Counted from the first letter of the stretch, positions 1 through 9,959 are shown. The stretch: 64,000 nucleotides of DNA from Candidatus Omnitrophota bacterium (GCA_903843285.1 CAIMPC010000039.1:44886-108885); one strand, 5' to 3'. Numbers and translations: made by a program. The notes: generated by a model not told the origin, from the sequence alone.

Positions 1-1
1 A

Positions 2-268
2 GAGACCGATACGGTAAAATATACAGATGATACGTTATTTATTAGTAAAACGTTGGATCGTAACCATGTATTCCGCGCCGAAACGCCGCAAGTCTTTAAG
101 TATGAAGTTATAAAGAGGGCGTATTCTGTGAAAAGTAAAAACAATATAACCGATGATGCGTCTTTAGTGGAGCGTCTGGGATTGCCGGTGAAGATTCTTA
201 TCGGTAAAAATTGCAACATGAAGATAACGACCAAAGACGATATTAGGATTGCGGAAGCGCTTTTGTAA
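2..268 (+). CDS. ispD: 2-C-methyl-D-erythritol 4-phosphate cytidylyltransferase, C-terminal part (gene starts upstream of the window)
   Basis: In-frame translation from the window edge reads ...LDRNHVFRAETPQVFK...VKILIGKNCNMKITTKDD, the conserved IspD C-terminal motifs. It lies directly upstream of ispF, as in the canonical ispDF pair. Confidence 0.7.
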   Translation, partial: ETDTVKYTDDTLFISKTLDRNHVFRAETPQVFKYEVIKRAYSVKSKNNITDDASLVERLGLPVKILIGKNCNMKITTKDDIRIAEALL

Positions 269-322
269 ATGAAGGGAAAATAGCCAGCCATGAATTACGA
301 ACCATTGGCGATTAACTAAGTT

Positions 323-808
323 ATGCGCGCCGGTATAGGTTACGATATACATAGGTTAACCGATGGTAGAAAGCTCTTTTTAGGAGGAGTTGAGATACCG
401 CATTCCAAGGGACTCTTAGGGCATTCCGACGGAGACGCATTGATACATGCGATATCCGACGCTATGCTGGGAGCATTATCGCTCGGCGATATAGGAGAGC
501 ATTTTCCAAATACCGATCCTAAATATAAGGGAATATCGAGCATGGAGCTCCTTAAGAAGGTGTCGGTATTGGTTAGGGGCAAAGGATTTGTTGTAAATAA
601 CATTGATACGATGATAATAGCTGAGGAACCGAGAATCTTTCCGTTCAGGGATAGTATGATTAAAGCGCTGTCGGGTGCGCTCGGAGTCGAGGTAAACAAG
701 GTTAGCATTAAGGCAACGACCGCCGAGGGAATCGGTTCCATAGGTAAGGGCGAAGCGATAGCGGCTTACGCTATAGTTACTCTCGCAAAAGATGAAGTGA
801 ATATATGA
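323..808 (+). CDS. ispF: 2-C-methyl-D-erythritol 2,4-cyclodiphosphate synthase
   Basis: 161 aa. N-terminus [12 protein letters not shown] and [19 protein letters not shown] are signature IspF motifs. Confidence 0.9.
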   Translation: MRAGIGYDIHRLTDGRKLFLGGVEIPHSKGLLGHSDGDALIHAISDAMLGALSLGDIGEHFPNTDPKYKGISSMELLKKVSVLVRGKGFVVNNIDTMIIAEEPRIFPFRDSMIKALSGALGVEVNKVSIKATTAEGIGSIGKGEAIAAYAIVTLAKDEVNI

Positions 809-1485
809 CGATATGTGCCCATGTCGCATTGAATATATTGTTGGCGTTGGCAGCGTTCTGGACTATCATAGCGATAGTTTTTAATAAAGAGATAAAGGTT
901 GTCTTCGATCGCGATCCGGCCGCAGTTAATTTTCTGGAAGTACTACTGACGTATTCGGGGCTGCACGCTATAATCATATACAGAATAACCCATCTTCTTA
1001 ATCGGGCCCATATTCCATTCTTCCCGAGATGGTTTTCGCAGATCGGAAAATTTCTTACCGGCATAGAGATTCATCCGGGCGCCCGAATCGGAAAAAGGTT
1101 TTTTATCGATCATGGTATGGGAGTGGTTATAGGAGAGACTACCATAGTGGGTGATGATGTCCTTCTGTATCAGGGCGTCACGCTAGGCGGAACGGGTCTG
1201 GAGAAAGGCAAAAGGCATCCGAGTATCGGCAACAATGTTGTCGTAGGAGCTGGCGCAAAGGTGCTCGGAAATATAATGATTGGTGATAACTCGTATATAG
1301 GCGCGAATGCGGTTGTTATAAAGGACGTTCCGCCAAACTCGACCGTGGTCGGCGTGCCGGGTCGTGTAACTAAACAGGATGGCAAAAAACTGGACGTTAA
1401 CCTCGATCACATACATGTATTGGATCCGATACTGCAGGAGATCGACGAGCTGAAGAGGAAGATAGATAGTCTGGAAAAGAAATAG
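805..1485 (+). CDS. cysE: serine O-acetyltransferase
   Basis: Left-handed beta-helix hexapeptide repeats: [44 protein letters not shown]. Overlaps the ispF stop by 4 nt. Confidence 0.85.
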   Translation: MTICAHVALNILLALAAFWTIIAIVFNKEIKVVFDRDPAAVNFLEVLLTYSGLHAIIIYRITHLLNRAHIPFFPRWFSQIGKFLTGIEIHPGARIGKRFFIDHGMGVVIGETTIVGDDVLLYQGVTLGGTGLEKGKRHPSIGNNVVVGAGAKVLGNIMIGDNSYIGANAVVIKDVPPNSTVVGVPGRVTKQDGKKLDVNLDHIHVLDPILQEIDELKRKIDSLEKK

Positions 1486-1491
1486 ATAGCA

Positions 1492-2943
1492 ATGAAGATA
1501 TATAATTCACTCACAAGAAAAAAGGAAGATCTTGTGCCGATCGAAGCGAAAAAGATCGGCATTTACGTCTGCGGGCCCACCGTGTACGATGAACCGCATA
1601 TCGGACATGCGCGCAGTGCCTATATATTTGATGTGATACGACGCTACCTAGTTTATAAAGGTAATGATGTAAAATTTGTCCGAAACGTTACCGATGTTGA
1701 TGACAAGATCATAAATAGGGCTAAGGATTTATCGAAAGACGGCCCGAATCTGATCGAGGCAACAAAGCAGATATCGAAGAAGTACCTCGATTCCTATCAC
1801 CGCGATATGGAGCTCCTGGGCATCGGTCACCCGGACAGAGAGCCTAAGGCCACAGAATATATCCCTAAGATGATCAAGTTTATAGAGATCCTCATAGATA
1901 AGGGGTCGGCATACGCGGTAGACGGAGGCGTATATTTCGATGTAAAGAAGGCCAGGGACTACGGTAAGCTTTCCAACCAGAATATTGAAAAGATGGAGGC
2001 TGGTGCCAGGGTCTCTCTGGGTGAGAAAAAGAAGGACGGATTGGATTTCGCATTGTGGAAATCCGCGAAAGAAGGTGAGCCTTCGTGGGACAGCCCGTGG
2101 GGAAAGGGGCGCCCCGGGTGGCACATCGAGTGCTCGGTGATGAGTTCCGATATTCTCGGAGATGAATTTGATATTCACGGCGGCGGTATAGACTTGATAT
2201 TTCCGCATCATGAGAACGAGGTAGCCCAATCCGAAGGCGCCGGCAAGAAATTCGCTCATTATTGGATACATAACGGCCTGCTTACCATAGACGGCGAAAA
2301 GATGGCGAAGTCTCTCGGTAATTTTATATCAATACAAGATTTCATAAAGAAGTATAGGGACGCGGATTACCTAAAGCTGTTATTTCTCAATACGCATTAC
2401 CGCCACCCGGTCGACTATAGCGAAGAGAAGATAGGTGAAATGAAGATTCAGAAGGAAAGGTTCATGATACTTTTCGATAAGATAGACAGAATCGCCAAGG
2501 CTTCCGGTTCCGGGCTTTCAGCCGCGTCCGAGACGACCGGAAATATTGAAGCCGGGGATCTGTCCAGGGCAAAATTTGATGATGCCATGGATGACGATTT
2601 CAATACTCCCCTTGCGCTTGCGTCGCTATTTGATGAAGTCACATATGCAAACAAACTGATGCAGGGCAAAGATGACTTCACACGTTTTGAAGCAGAGAAT
2701 CTATTGGCGATAAAGAAGCAGATTGTCGAACTTGGCCGCATACTTGCCCTCGACATAGAGAAGGACTTAACTAAGACGGATGTGAATGAGACCGAGGTGC
2801 TTAGGTTGATCGGAGAAAGAAACGGAGCTCGAGCCAAAGGTGATTTTAAGGCCGCAGATGAGATACGGAAGAAGCTCTCAGGGGAGCTCGGCATAATACT
2901 TGAGGATACAAAAGAAGGAACCTCATGGCGAAAACGATCTTAA
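1492..2943 (+). CDS. cysS: cysteine--tRNA ligase
   Basis: 483 aa. HIGH-type motif (PHIGHARSA) and KMSKS-type motif (KMAKSLGN). The N-terminus MKIYNSLTRKKE is typical CysRS. Confidence 0.95.
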   Translation: MKIYNSLTRKKEDLVPIEAKKIGIYVCGPTVYDEPHIGHARSAYIFDVIRRYLVYKGNDVKFVRNVTDVDDKIINRAKDLSKDGPNLIEATKQISKKYLDSYHRDMELLGIGHPDREPKATEYIPKMIKFIEILIDKGSAYAVDGGVYFDVKKARDYGKLSNQNIEKMEAGARVSLGEKKKDGLDFALWKSAKEGEPSWDSPWGKGRPGWHIECSVMSSDILGDEFDIHGGGIDLIFPHHENEVAQSEGAGKKFAHYWIHNGLLTIDGEKMAKSLGNFISIQDFIKKYRDADYLKLLFLNTHYRHPVDYSEEKIGEMKIQKERFMILFDKIDRIAKASGSGLSAASETTGNIEAGDLSRAKFDDAMDDDFNTPLALASLFDEVTYANKLMQGKDDFTRFEAENLLAIKKQIVELGRILALDIEKDLTKTDVNETEVLRLIGERNGARAKGDFKAADEIRKKLSGELGIILEDTKEGTSWRKRS

Positions 2944-3593
2944 AGACTACGCGGCACTGCGCCGGATCTAAGGCAAAGCGAGGCTTATTTATAACGTTCG
3001 AAGGCATAGAAGGTTGCGGCAAGACTACTCAGTCGAAGCTATTATACGATACCTTAAAGAAGCAGAATCTTGACTGCATGCTTACTCGTGAACCGGGAGG
3101 GACGTCTCTGGGCGAAAAGATAAGGGGATTGCTTTTACACTCGGACGGTATAAAGATATCCGATAGGTCGGAATTATTCCTATTTGAGGCTTCACGCAGT
3201 CAGATCGTGAAAGAGGTGATAACCCCGGCCCTTAAGTCCGGTAAGATAGTTATATGTGACAGGTTCAGCGATGCTACTTTTAGTTATCAGGGTTATGGCG
3301 GTAAAATTCCGATCGAGATCATTAGAACCCTCGATCATGCCGCTACCGGAGGCCTTAAGCCGGATCTTACCATACTTCTGGACATCGATACGATTACCGG
3401 ACTTAAGCGCGCAAGGCAGAAAGGTATCGATAGGATGGAAGGAAAAGATATAGCGTATCATAAGAGAGTTCGTGCGGGGTATTTAGACCTTGCATTGCGA
3501 TACCCCAATAGGATTAAAGTTATAAAGGTTGCCGATTCGATCGGCAAGACATATAGAGCGGTGGAGCGAGAGGTGGCGCGTGTCATCGTTTAA
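2925..3593 (+). CDS. tmk: thymidylate kinase (start codon uncertain; overlaps cysS)
   Basis: P-loop FITFEGIEGCGKTTQ, DRF motif and the overall Tmk fold pattern. The ORF-track start at 2925 gives an unusually long leader before the P-loop, so the real start may be a few codons downstream. Confidence 0.85.
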   Translation: MAKTILKTTRHCAGSKAKRGLFITFEGIEGCGKTTQSKLLYDTLKKQNLDCMLTREPGGTSLGEKIRGLLLHSDGIKISDRSELFLFEASRSQIVKEVITPALKSGKIVICDRFSDATFSYQGYGGKIPIEIIRTLDHAATGGLKPDLTILLDIDTITGLKRARQKGIDRMEGKDIAYHKRVRAGYLDLALRYPNRIKVIKVADSIGKTYRAVEREVARVIV

Positions 3594-4746
3594 AGATATA
3601 TTGGCTCAGGATAGCGCAGTATCATTTCTAAGAAGCGCTATTAATAGCGAAAGGATAGCTAACGCTTATCTGTTTCATGGCCCAAGCGGTGTGGGTAAGA
3701 AGATGACGGCCATTAGCTTTGCGAAAGCGATCAATTGCATTTGTCCGCATGGGGGTACTGTTGCGAAATACAACTCCCGTCATTCTGAGGGAGGCCAACG
3801 GCCGACCGAAGAATCTAAAAGCGAGATCCTTCCTCGCTTCGCTCGTCAGGATGACAGACGCTCTTTACTTCGCACTTTGGTCCCTTCGCTTCAGAATGAC
3901 GTGGAATTTGACATTTCGCAACAGTCTCATAGCGATGTTAACCATGGACTACCCTCGGGCGATTCGATAGATGGGTGCGGCAGCTGCTCATCGTGCAAAA
4001 AGATAAATTCACTGAACCATCCGGATGTGCGTTTAATAGAAGCCGATAACTATGGCTCGTCGGTGAAGATAGAGGATGTCAGGGCCGTGATAGAGGATGT
4101 GGGGATGAAGCCGTATGAGGCGAAGAAGAAGGTCTATATAGTAGACGGTGCCGATAACCTGACGGAAGAGGCGGCCAACGCTCTTCTTAAGACCCTCGAG
4201 GAGCCTTCTTCTGAATCTATGCTTATACTGATCTCGGAGAACTCGAGACGACTGCTTTCAACCATAAGGTCGCGTTGTCAGGCGGTGAAATTTTTTCCGC
4301 TCGGCGTGAATACCGTAGCGAAGATTCTCACCGATAGACATGGCATAAATGGTGACACCGCGCATATCCTGGCGGGACTATCGTGTGGGTCGCTCGGCGA
4401 GGCATTGAGGCTTAACGAGGATGATTTCTTTGCCAGGAGAGACCGGATAATAAAGGCGCTTTCGACCGGAACATTGGCAGAGCTCGAGTTTGATAAAACT
4501 ACCAGGCCCGAACTGCGGACGGCATTAAACATAATGCTGATGTGGTATCGCGATATCCTTGTGGCCAAGGCAGGTAATTCGAACGTAATAAATATCGATA
4601 AAGAAGCTCTGATCTATTCAGAAGCAAAAAAGACGGGTTTTGATAGATTGAATAATACTATAACACGCATTATCTCGATCCAGGGATATCTGGAGCAGAA
4701 TGCTAATCCCAAGCTTGCCATGGCAGCGTTGGGATCCTCAATATAG
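3580..4746 (+). CDS. holB: DNA polymerase III delta-prime subunit carrying a 56-codon in-frame repeat-element insertion in the zinc-module loop
   Basis: AYLFHGPSGVGKK Walker A, a Cys cluster (NCICPHGG ... DGCGSCSSC), NALLKTLEEP and SRCQ sensor motifs. The GTG start at 3580 gives MSSFKDILAQD. Nucleotides 3757-3924 belong to the dispersed family A repeat (see findings). Confidence 0.85.
   Translation: MSSFKDILAQDSAVSFLRSAINSERIANAYLFHGPSGVGKKMTAISFAKAINCICPHGGTVAKYNSRHSEGGQRPTEESKSEILPRFARQDDRRSLLRTLVPSLQNDVEFDISQQSHSDVNHGLPSGDSIDGCGSCSSCKKINSLNHPDVRLIEADNYGSSVKIEDVRAVIEDVGMKPYEAKKKVYIVDGADNLTEEAANALLKTLEEPSSESMLILISENSRRLLSTIRSRCQAVKFFPLGVNTVAKILTDRHGINGDTAHILAGLSCGSLGEALRLNEDDFFARRDRIIKALSTGTLAELEFDKTTRPELRTALNIMLMWYRDILVAKAGNSNVINIDKEALIYSEAKKTGFDRLNNTITRIISIQGYLEQNANPKLAMAALGSSI
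3757..3924 (+). mobile_element. MITE-like repeat family A, copy 1 (168 bp), inserted in-frame inside holB
   Basis: ACTGTTGCGAAATACAAC..GTCATTCTGAGGGAGGCCAACGGCCGACCGAAGAATCT....CAGAATGACGTGGAATTTGACATTTCGCAACAGT. It has the same terminal inverted repeats and core as copies at 7299, 51306, 52513 and 62917. Length is exactly 56 codons with no stop in the holB frame. Confidence 0.8.
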
Positions 4747-4755
4747 GCGGTATAT

Positions 4756-5541
4756 ATGAACGAAGCCGTACAGATTAAATTAAGAGAGTCGGGCAAAATT
4801 ACCCACTTCTCAACGAGTGGGATGAGGTTTAAGGCGGGTGATTACGTTATTATAGAGGCGGATAGAGGCCTGGACTACGGTCAAATCTTATCCGATCCCG
4901 AAGCGATTCTGGAATCGGATCTCGAGGAGCCTCTGCGAAAGATAATACGTAAGGCAAACCCGTGGGATATGCATCAGATCGATAAGAATAAGAATAAGAT
5001 AAAAGAGGTTATGGACTCCTGCTCAAAAAAGATAAAAGAGCGCCATCTTGCAATGAAGCTTATAGATGCCGAATATTCTTTCGATCGCTCAAAGATAGTA
5101 TTTTATTTTACAGCTGAAGGAAGAGTCGACTTCAGAGACCTGGTTAAAGATCTGGCGAGTGCGTTTAAGACCAGGATAGAGCTTAAGCAGATAGGCGTCA
5201 GGGATGAAGCTAAGATGTTAGGGGGCCTTGGGCCCTGCGGGAGGGCGCTATGCTGTGCGACACATCTGAAAGATTTCGAGCCGGTTACTATAAAGATGGC
5301 CAAAGAGCAGAACTTACCGCTTAATCCGACTAAGATCTCGGGCCTCTGCGGACGGCTTATGTGCTGTTTGGGATATGAATATAGTACTTATAAAGATCTT
5401 ATGAAAGGCATGCCGCGCGAAGGAGAGATAATAAAGACAGCGAAAGGAAATGCTAAGGTCTTAGGTATAAATGCGTTAAAGCGCTCCGCTACCGTAGAAC
5501 TCGAGGACGGAAGCCAGATGGAAGTACCATACAATAAATAA
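4756..5541 (+). CDS. ricT: PSP1 C-terminal domain protein (RicT/YaaT-like)
   Basis: 261 aa. Conserved tmk-holB-yaaT synteny as in Bacillus. Cys-rich C-terminus (GPCGRALCCATHL...LCGRLMCCLGYE) is typical of PSP1/YaaT. Confidence 0.7.
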   Translation: MNEAVQIKLRESGKITHFSTSGMRFKAGDYVIIEADRGLDYGQILSDPEAILESDLEEPLRKIIRKANPWDMHQIDKNKNKIKEVMDSCSKKIKERHLAMKLIDAEYSFDRSKIVFYFTAEGRVDFRDLVKDLASAFKTRIELKQIGVRDEAKMLGGLGPCGRALCCATHLKDFEPVTIKMAKEQNLPLNPTKISGLCGRLMCCLGYEYSTYKDLMKGMPREGEIIKTAKGNAKVLGINALKRSATVELEDGSQMEVPYNK

Positions 5542-5542
5542 T

Positions 5543-7108
5543 ATGAAGAAAAAATATTATATAACGACTCCGGTATATTACGTAAATTCCAAACCGCACA
5601 TAGGCCATTCCTATACTCAGATCGCCTGCGATACGCTTGCCCGTTTTATTAAGCAATTGGGCCGGGACGAAGTCTTTTTCATGACCGGTACTGATGAGCA
5701 CGGAGAGAAGATAGAAAAGGCCGCCGTAGAATCAGGGCTTAAGGAAGGCCAGGAACAGAAGTTTGTGGACGGAATAGTGCCTGTATTTAAAGACCTCTGG
5801 ACTAAGCTCAACATAAAATACGATTACTTCATACGAACCACCGATGATTATCATATAAAAACCGTACAGAATTTCCTCGATAGGCTTTACCGGCAGGGGA
5901 AGATATATAAGAAACTTTATAAGGGATGGTTCTGCACGCCATGCGAGACGTTCTGGACATCTACACAGAGCCCGGACGGGATATGCCCCGACTGTAAGCG
6001 CCCGCTGGAAAAACTCGATGAGTCAAATTATTTTCTTAAGACATCCGAACACCAAAAGTGGCTGATCGATTATATCGACAAAAACCCGGACTTCATACAA
6101 CCTGATTTCAGGAAAAACGAGATATTGGGATTTCTGAAGAATGAAGAGCTTATGGATCTGTGCATAACAAGGCCGAAGAGCAGGATGAGCTGGGGCATTG
6201 AGGTGCCATTCGATAAGGATTACGTAACATACGTCTGGTTCGACGCACTGATTAACTACGTCTCGGGAGCCGGTTATCCGCACGACATGGAGAGGTTTTC
6301 AAAGACCTGGCCGGCTGAAGTGCACGTGATAGGCAAGGACATTATCAGGCATCATGCGGTATTCTGGCCGATAATGCTGCGTTCACTAGAGATAGAGCTG
6401 CCGAAGTCTATATATGCGCATGGGTGGTGGGTTATTAAAGGCGAGAAGATGTCAAAATCGAAAGGTAATGTCATCGATCCCATCGATATAATTTCGCGTT
6501 TTGGGGTCGATCCCTTCAGGTATTTTCTATTGAGAGAAGTGCAATTCGGATCGGACGGAGCCTTTAGCGAAGAGGCGCTTGTGGCCAGGTATAACAGTGA
6601 CCTCGCCAACGATATTGGAAATCTGCTAAGCAGGTCGCTTACTATGGCGGAGAAGTATTTTGATGGTCATGTGCCCGATGTATCAAATATTAATATAGTT
6701 AATACCAGAGCGGAAGAGATAAAGGCCAGGGCCATTCGATCTGTAAGTGAGATGGAAAAGCTGATACCGAAGTTAGATTTTACGACCGCGCTTGCAAATA
6801 TATGGGAAGTTATCGCTCTTGCCAATAAGTTCATCGAGGATTCGAAACCATGGGTAATGGCCAAAGAGGGAAGAAGGGACGAGCTGGCATTGGTTATCTA
6901 CACTCTTCTCGAGGCATTAAGAATAGTATCGATCGAAGTATATTCTATCATGCCCGAGACATCCGAAAAGATGCTGGCTCAGCTGGGTATGGACAAAGCG
7001 GATGGTCTTAATTTAGCAAATGCTAAAATATGGGGATCGCTCCCCAAAGGTATGAAGGTCAATAAATCACAGTCCTTATTTCCACGCATTTTAGTTAAGC
7101 CACAATAG
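5543..7108 (+). CDS. metG: methionine--tRNA ligase (short form without C-terminal tRNA-binding domain)
   Basis: HIGH motif (PHIGHSYT), KMSKS motif (KMSKSKGN) and a zinc knuckle (CTPCETFW...CPDCKRP). 521 aa. Confidence 0.95.
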   Translation: MKKKYYITTPVYYVNSKPHIGHSYTQIACDTLARFIKQLGRDEVFFMTGTDEHGEKIEKAAVESGLKEGQEQKFVDGIVPVFKDLWTKLNIKYDYFIRTTDDYHIKTVQNFLDRLYRQGKIYKKLYKGWFCTPCETFWTSTQSPDGICPDCKRPLEKLDESNYFLKTSEHQKWLIDYIDKNPDFIQPDFRKNEILGFLKNEELMDLCITRPKSRMSWGIEVPFDKDYVTYVWFDALINYVSGAGYPHDMERFSKTWPAEVHVIGKDIIRHHAVFWPIMLRSLEIELPKSIYAHGWWVIKGEKMSKSKGNVIDPIDIISRFGVDPFRYFLLREVQFGSDGAFSEEALVARYNSDLANDIGNLLSRSLTMAEKYFDGHVPDVSNINIVNTRAEEIKARAIRSVSEMEKLIPKLDFTTALANIWEVIALANKFIEDSKPWVMAKEGRRDELALVIYTLLEALRIVSIEVYSIMPETSEKMLAQLGMDKADGLNLANAKIWGSLPKGMKVNKSQSLFPRILVKPQ

Positions 7109-7231
7109 TTACCCACTGCTATTGACTTTACGTAATTCTGTGATATGCTTGAGATAGAACAAAGTTTGTTTTTAGCTAATAAAATCCTTCCTTTCAATTT
7201 GAATCCGATACAAATAAGTTAAATGGCTTAA

Positions 7232-7296
7232 TATAGCTATAATAACTCTTAACATGCTTAGCGGATGAGCATGTTAAGTAACATTATAGTTATATC
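7232..7296. repeat. long imperfect palindrome; core perfect 11-bp stem CTTAACATGCT/AGCATGTTAAG with 9-nt loop at 7248-7278
   Basis: Seen directly in the sequence downstream of metG. There is no T-tract after it, so it is not a classic intrinsic terminator. Confidence 0.5.
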
Positions 7297-7298
7297 AA

Positions 7299-7471
7299 GG
7301 GGCTGTTGCGAAATACAACTTCTGTCATTCTGAGGAAGGCCATCGGCCGACCGAAGCCTGCCTACCTGCAGGTGTTCGACAGTAGGTAGGCAGGCTTCCT
7401 CGCTTCGCTCGTCAGGATGACAGACGCCCTTCGGCTTCTCTCAGAATTATAAAATTTGAATTTCCTGCCCC
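7299..7471 (+). mobile_element. MITE-like repeat family A, copy 2 (intergenic, metG-tatD)
   Basis: GGGGCTGTTGCGAAATACAACTTCTGTCATTCTGAGGAAGGCCATCGGCCGACCGAAG...CTCGTCAGGATGACAGACG...TCTCAGAATTATAAAATTTGAATTTCCTGCCCC. It carries an extra internal palindrome GCCTGCCTACCTGC/GCAGGTAGGCAGGC. Confidence 0.75.
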
Positions 7472-7539
7472 AGTCACATTTACCGACGCATTACTTCATT
7501 ATTGCAATCTGTGTCGTATTATCATATAATCATGATATT

Positions 7540-8904
7540 ATGTTAATAGATACGCACTGTCATCTTGATTTTAAGGACTTTGACCACGACCGCGATGAGG
7601 TAATAAGCAGAGCATCAAATGCCGGAGTTGGGCGAATAATAAACGTAGCCAGCTCTGTGGAGGGATCCCGCCGGTCTGTAGAGCTTGCGGGTAAGTATGA
7701 GCACATATATTCTACCATAGGAATCCATCCTCATGATGCGGCGTCCGTAAATGATGGTGTTATGTCTGAGCTTAAAGCGCTTGCTACAGGAAAGAAGGTT
7801 GTCGCGATAGGCGAAGTAGGACTCGATTATTACCGCAATCTCTCTTCCAGGGAGGATCAGATATCTGCCTTTAATAAATTCATCGATCTTGCGCTGGAGC
7901 TCGACCTGCCGATGATATTACATGTCAGGGAAGCTGATCGCGATGCATTAGATATACTTAAGGCCCGAAACAGATCCCTTCGCGGTGTAATACACTGTTT
8001 TTCAGGAAGCTCTGATTTTATGAAGGAATGCCTCGATTTTGGATTATTCGTATCATTTACCGCAAACATTACTTTTAAAAAAGCAGATCCGCTCAGAATG
8101 GTAGCGCGCGACGTTTGTACGGAAAGATTACTGCTGGAGACGGATGCGCCGTTCCTGGCTCCTCAGGCCTTGCGAGGCCAACGCAATGAACCGGCATACC
8201 TCACCCACCTGGCGGGAGAATGGTCGCGCCTCCTGGACCTGTCAAAAGACGATATCGCCAGAATCACGACTCATAACGCCAATACCCTTTTTAGATTAGA
8301 TGTAGAAGAGTCATCCAGGATTGCATACGAGATAAGGGATTCCCTCTATCTGAATATAACCAATAGATGCACCAACTCATGCTATTTCTGCATAAGGAAC
8401 CAGACTTCCTTCGTAAAAGGGCATAACCTTAAGATCGATAAAGAGCCGTCGGTAGATGAAATAATGGATGCAGTGAAGGGTTCGAAAAAATATAATGAGA
8501 TAGTATTTTGTGGTTATGGTGAACCTACGCTTAGGCTGGATGTGATTAAAGATGTGGCCGCCAGGGTGAAGGATTCCGGGGTTAAAGTTAGAGTGGTTAC
8601 CAATGGTCATGGCGACCTGATAAATTCCAGAAAAATAGCCAAAGAGCTGTCCGGGATAGTCGATAAAGTATCCGTAAGCCTTAATACGAATACCAAAGAA
8701 TTGTACAATAAATACTGTAAGCCTCAGTTCGGCCCGGATACTTATGGCGACGTGATAAGCTTTATTAAGGATTGCGTTGCAAATAAAATAGAAGTGGAAG
8801 TGACGTGCCTTGATCTTCCCGACGTGGATCTTAAAGAGTGCGAAGCTATCATTAAAGAGCTTGGGGGTATATTCAGGCCTCGATCTCTCGGAGTGGTCGG
8901 ATGA
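7540..8904 (+). CDS. fusion protein: TatD-family metal-dependent hydrolase (N-terminal) + radical SAM domain (C-terminal, TatD-associated radical SAM type)
   Basis: N-terminal MLIDTHCHLDFKDFDHDRDEV, GIHPHDA and EVGLDYY are TatD motifs. The C-terminal part has the CTNSCYFC CxxxCxxC radical-SAM cluster motif plus the GYGEPTL glycine-rich SAM motif. Start chosen at the ATG just before the TatD HxH motif. Confidence 0.75.
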   Translation: MLIDTHCHLDFKDFDHDRDEVISRASNAGVGRIINVASSVEGSRRSVELAGKYEHIYSTIGIHPHDAASVNDGVMSELKALATGKKVVAIGEVGLDYYRNLSSREDQISAFNKFIDLALELDLPMILHVREADRDALDILKARNRSLRGVIHCFSGSSDFMKECLDFGLFVSFTANITFKKADPLRMVARDVCTERLLLETDAPFLAPQALRGQRNEPAYLTHLAGEWSRLLDLSKDDIARITTHNANTLFRLDVEESSRIAYEIRDSLYLNITNRCTNSCYFCIRNQTSFVKGHNLKIDKEPSVDEIMDAVKGSKKYNEIVFCGYGEPTLRLDVIKDVAARVKDSGVKVRVVTNGHGDLINSRKIAKELSGIVDKVSVSLNTNTKELYNKYCKPQFGPDTYGDVISFIKDCVANKIEVEVTCLDLPDVDLKECEAIIKELGGIFRPRSLGVVG

Positions 8905-9959
8905 GAGGATTCGCCGGGTTTTTAAAAAGAGAACGCCTATACATACTTATCCTTATACTTGTAACGATAGTAAGTATATTAGTAGTATTAGGACCCCCCG
9001 ATAGAACGAAACATGAAGGTCATAGCGCAGTAAAAGACGCGTCGGCTTCATTAGAAGAAAGATCTTTGAATGATCGTCCGGCAGTAGAGAAGGCTTTGGC
9101 AGGGAATAAGTATCTTGCATTAATGTTCATGATAGTGTCACTACTTACCGCCGTCATATTTATTCTGGGCATTGTTATCGATCTGTCTATTCTATGGTTG
9201 AGGCGTGCAGGTAAGCCTCTGGAGATGGCCACCCGCACTCATGACAAGATAAGCTGGACATTATGGGACGTGACAAAGGTTGTAGCTCTGTATCTATTCT
9301 TCGCATATATTATACTTATCGCAGAGGCCTCCCTTGGCAATATATTTCCCGCGATAAAGGGTAATAATTTCAGGATGATATTCAACTCGTCGATAATGGA
9401 TATATTGGTCGTTGTATTTATATTATATTTTACCGTTTCACAGTACAAAGTAAGTTTTGAGTCGCTGGGCTTGACGACGAAGAATTTTTTTAGGAATATA
9501 TATTATGGTATAGTAGCTTACATAGCTTTTATGCCTTTAATGGTAGCCATAGTGGCCGTGACTGCCATTATAATAAATTTGACCAAATTTGTACCGCATG
9601 TGCAACCCGTGGTCGGGCTCTTTCTCGAAGAAAAGAATATGCAGCTTCTGATGTATACGAGCATATTTGCGGCGATAGCCGGACCCGTAATCGAGGAATT
9701 ATTCTTCAGAGGGTTTATGTACAATGCTATGAAGAAGTATGCAGGGGTATTCTGGGCCATGACTATTACGGCTTCTCTATTTGCCGGGCTTCATGCGCAT
9801 ATGGTCGGGTTCATGCCGATATTGGCCCTCGGAATATTATTGGCGTATTTATACGAGAAGACCGGCAGTCTCGTCTCTTCCGTTACAGTCCATGTGATAC
9901 ATAACGTAAGTATGGTCACGCTGGTATTCCTTGTAAAGCAATTGGGAGTATATAAATAA
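8901..9959 (+). CDS. CPBP-family (CAAX/Abi) intramembrane metalloprotease
   Basis: Multi-pass membrane protein with the three CPBP motifs: EELFFRGF, LFAGLHAH and HVIHN. Overlaps the upstream stop by 4 nt, so likely an operon. Confidence 0.75.
   Translation: MRGFAGFLKRERLYILILILVTIVSILVVLGPPDRTKHEGHSAVKDASASLEERSLNDRPAVEKALAGNKYLALMFMIVSLLTAVIFILGIVIDLSILWLRRAGKPLEMATRTHDKISWTLWDVTKVVALYLFFAYIILIAEASLGNIFPAIKGNNFRMIFNSSIMDILVVVFILYFTVSQYKVSFESLGLTTKNFFRNIYYGIVAYIAFMPLMVAIVAVTAIIINLTKFVPHVQPVVGLFLEEKNMQLLMYTSIFAAIAGPVIEELFFRGFMYNAMKKYAGVFWAMTITASLFAGLHAHMVGFMPILALGILLAYLYEKTGSLVSSVTVHVIHNVSMVTLVFLVKQLGVYK

Noticed and set aside
3757-3924. Possibility that the holB insert is an intein
   Set aside because: It is only 56 aa with no intein splicing motifs (no N-terminal Cys/Ser block A and no C-terminal HN). 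At the DNA level it is a copy of a dispersed repeat with terminal inverted repeats.
3719-3970. 83-aa + strand ORF in an alternative frame inside holB
   Set aside because: It lies entirely within the MITE insertion in an out-of-frame register. The holB frame is the one with conserved motifs on both sides.
7456-7539. Upstream extension of the TatD-rSAM ORF
   Set aside because: The extra 28 aa have no similarity to TatD N-termini. TatD proteins begin essentially at the HxH motif, so the ATG at 7540 was chosen.
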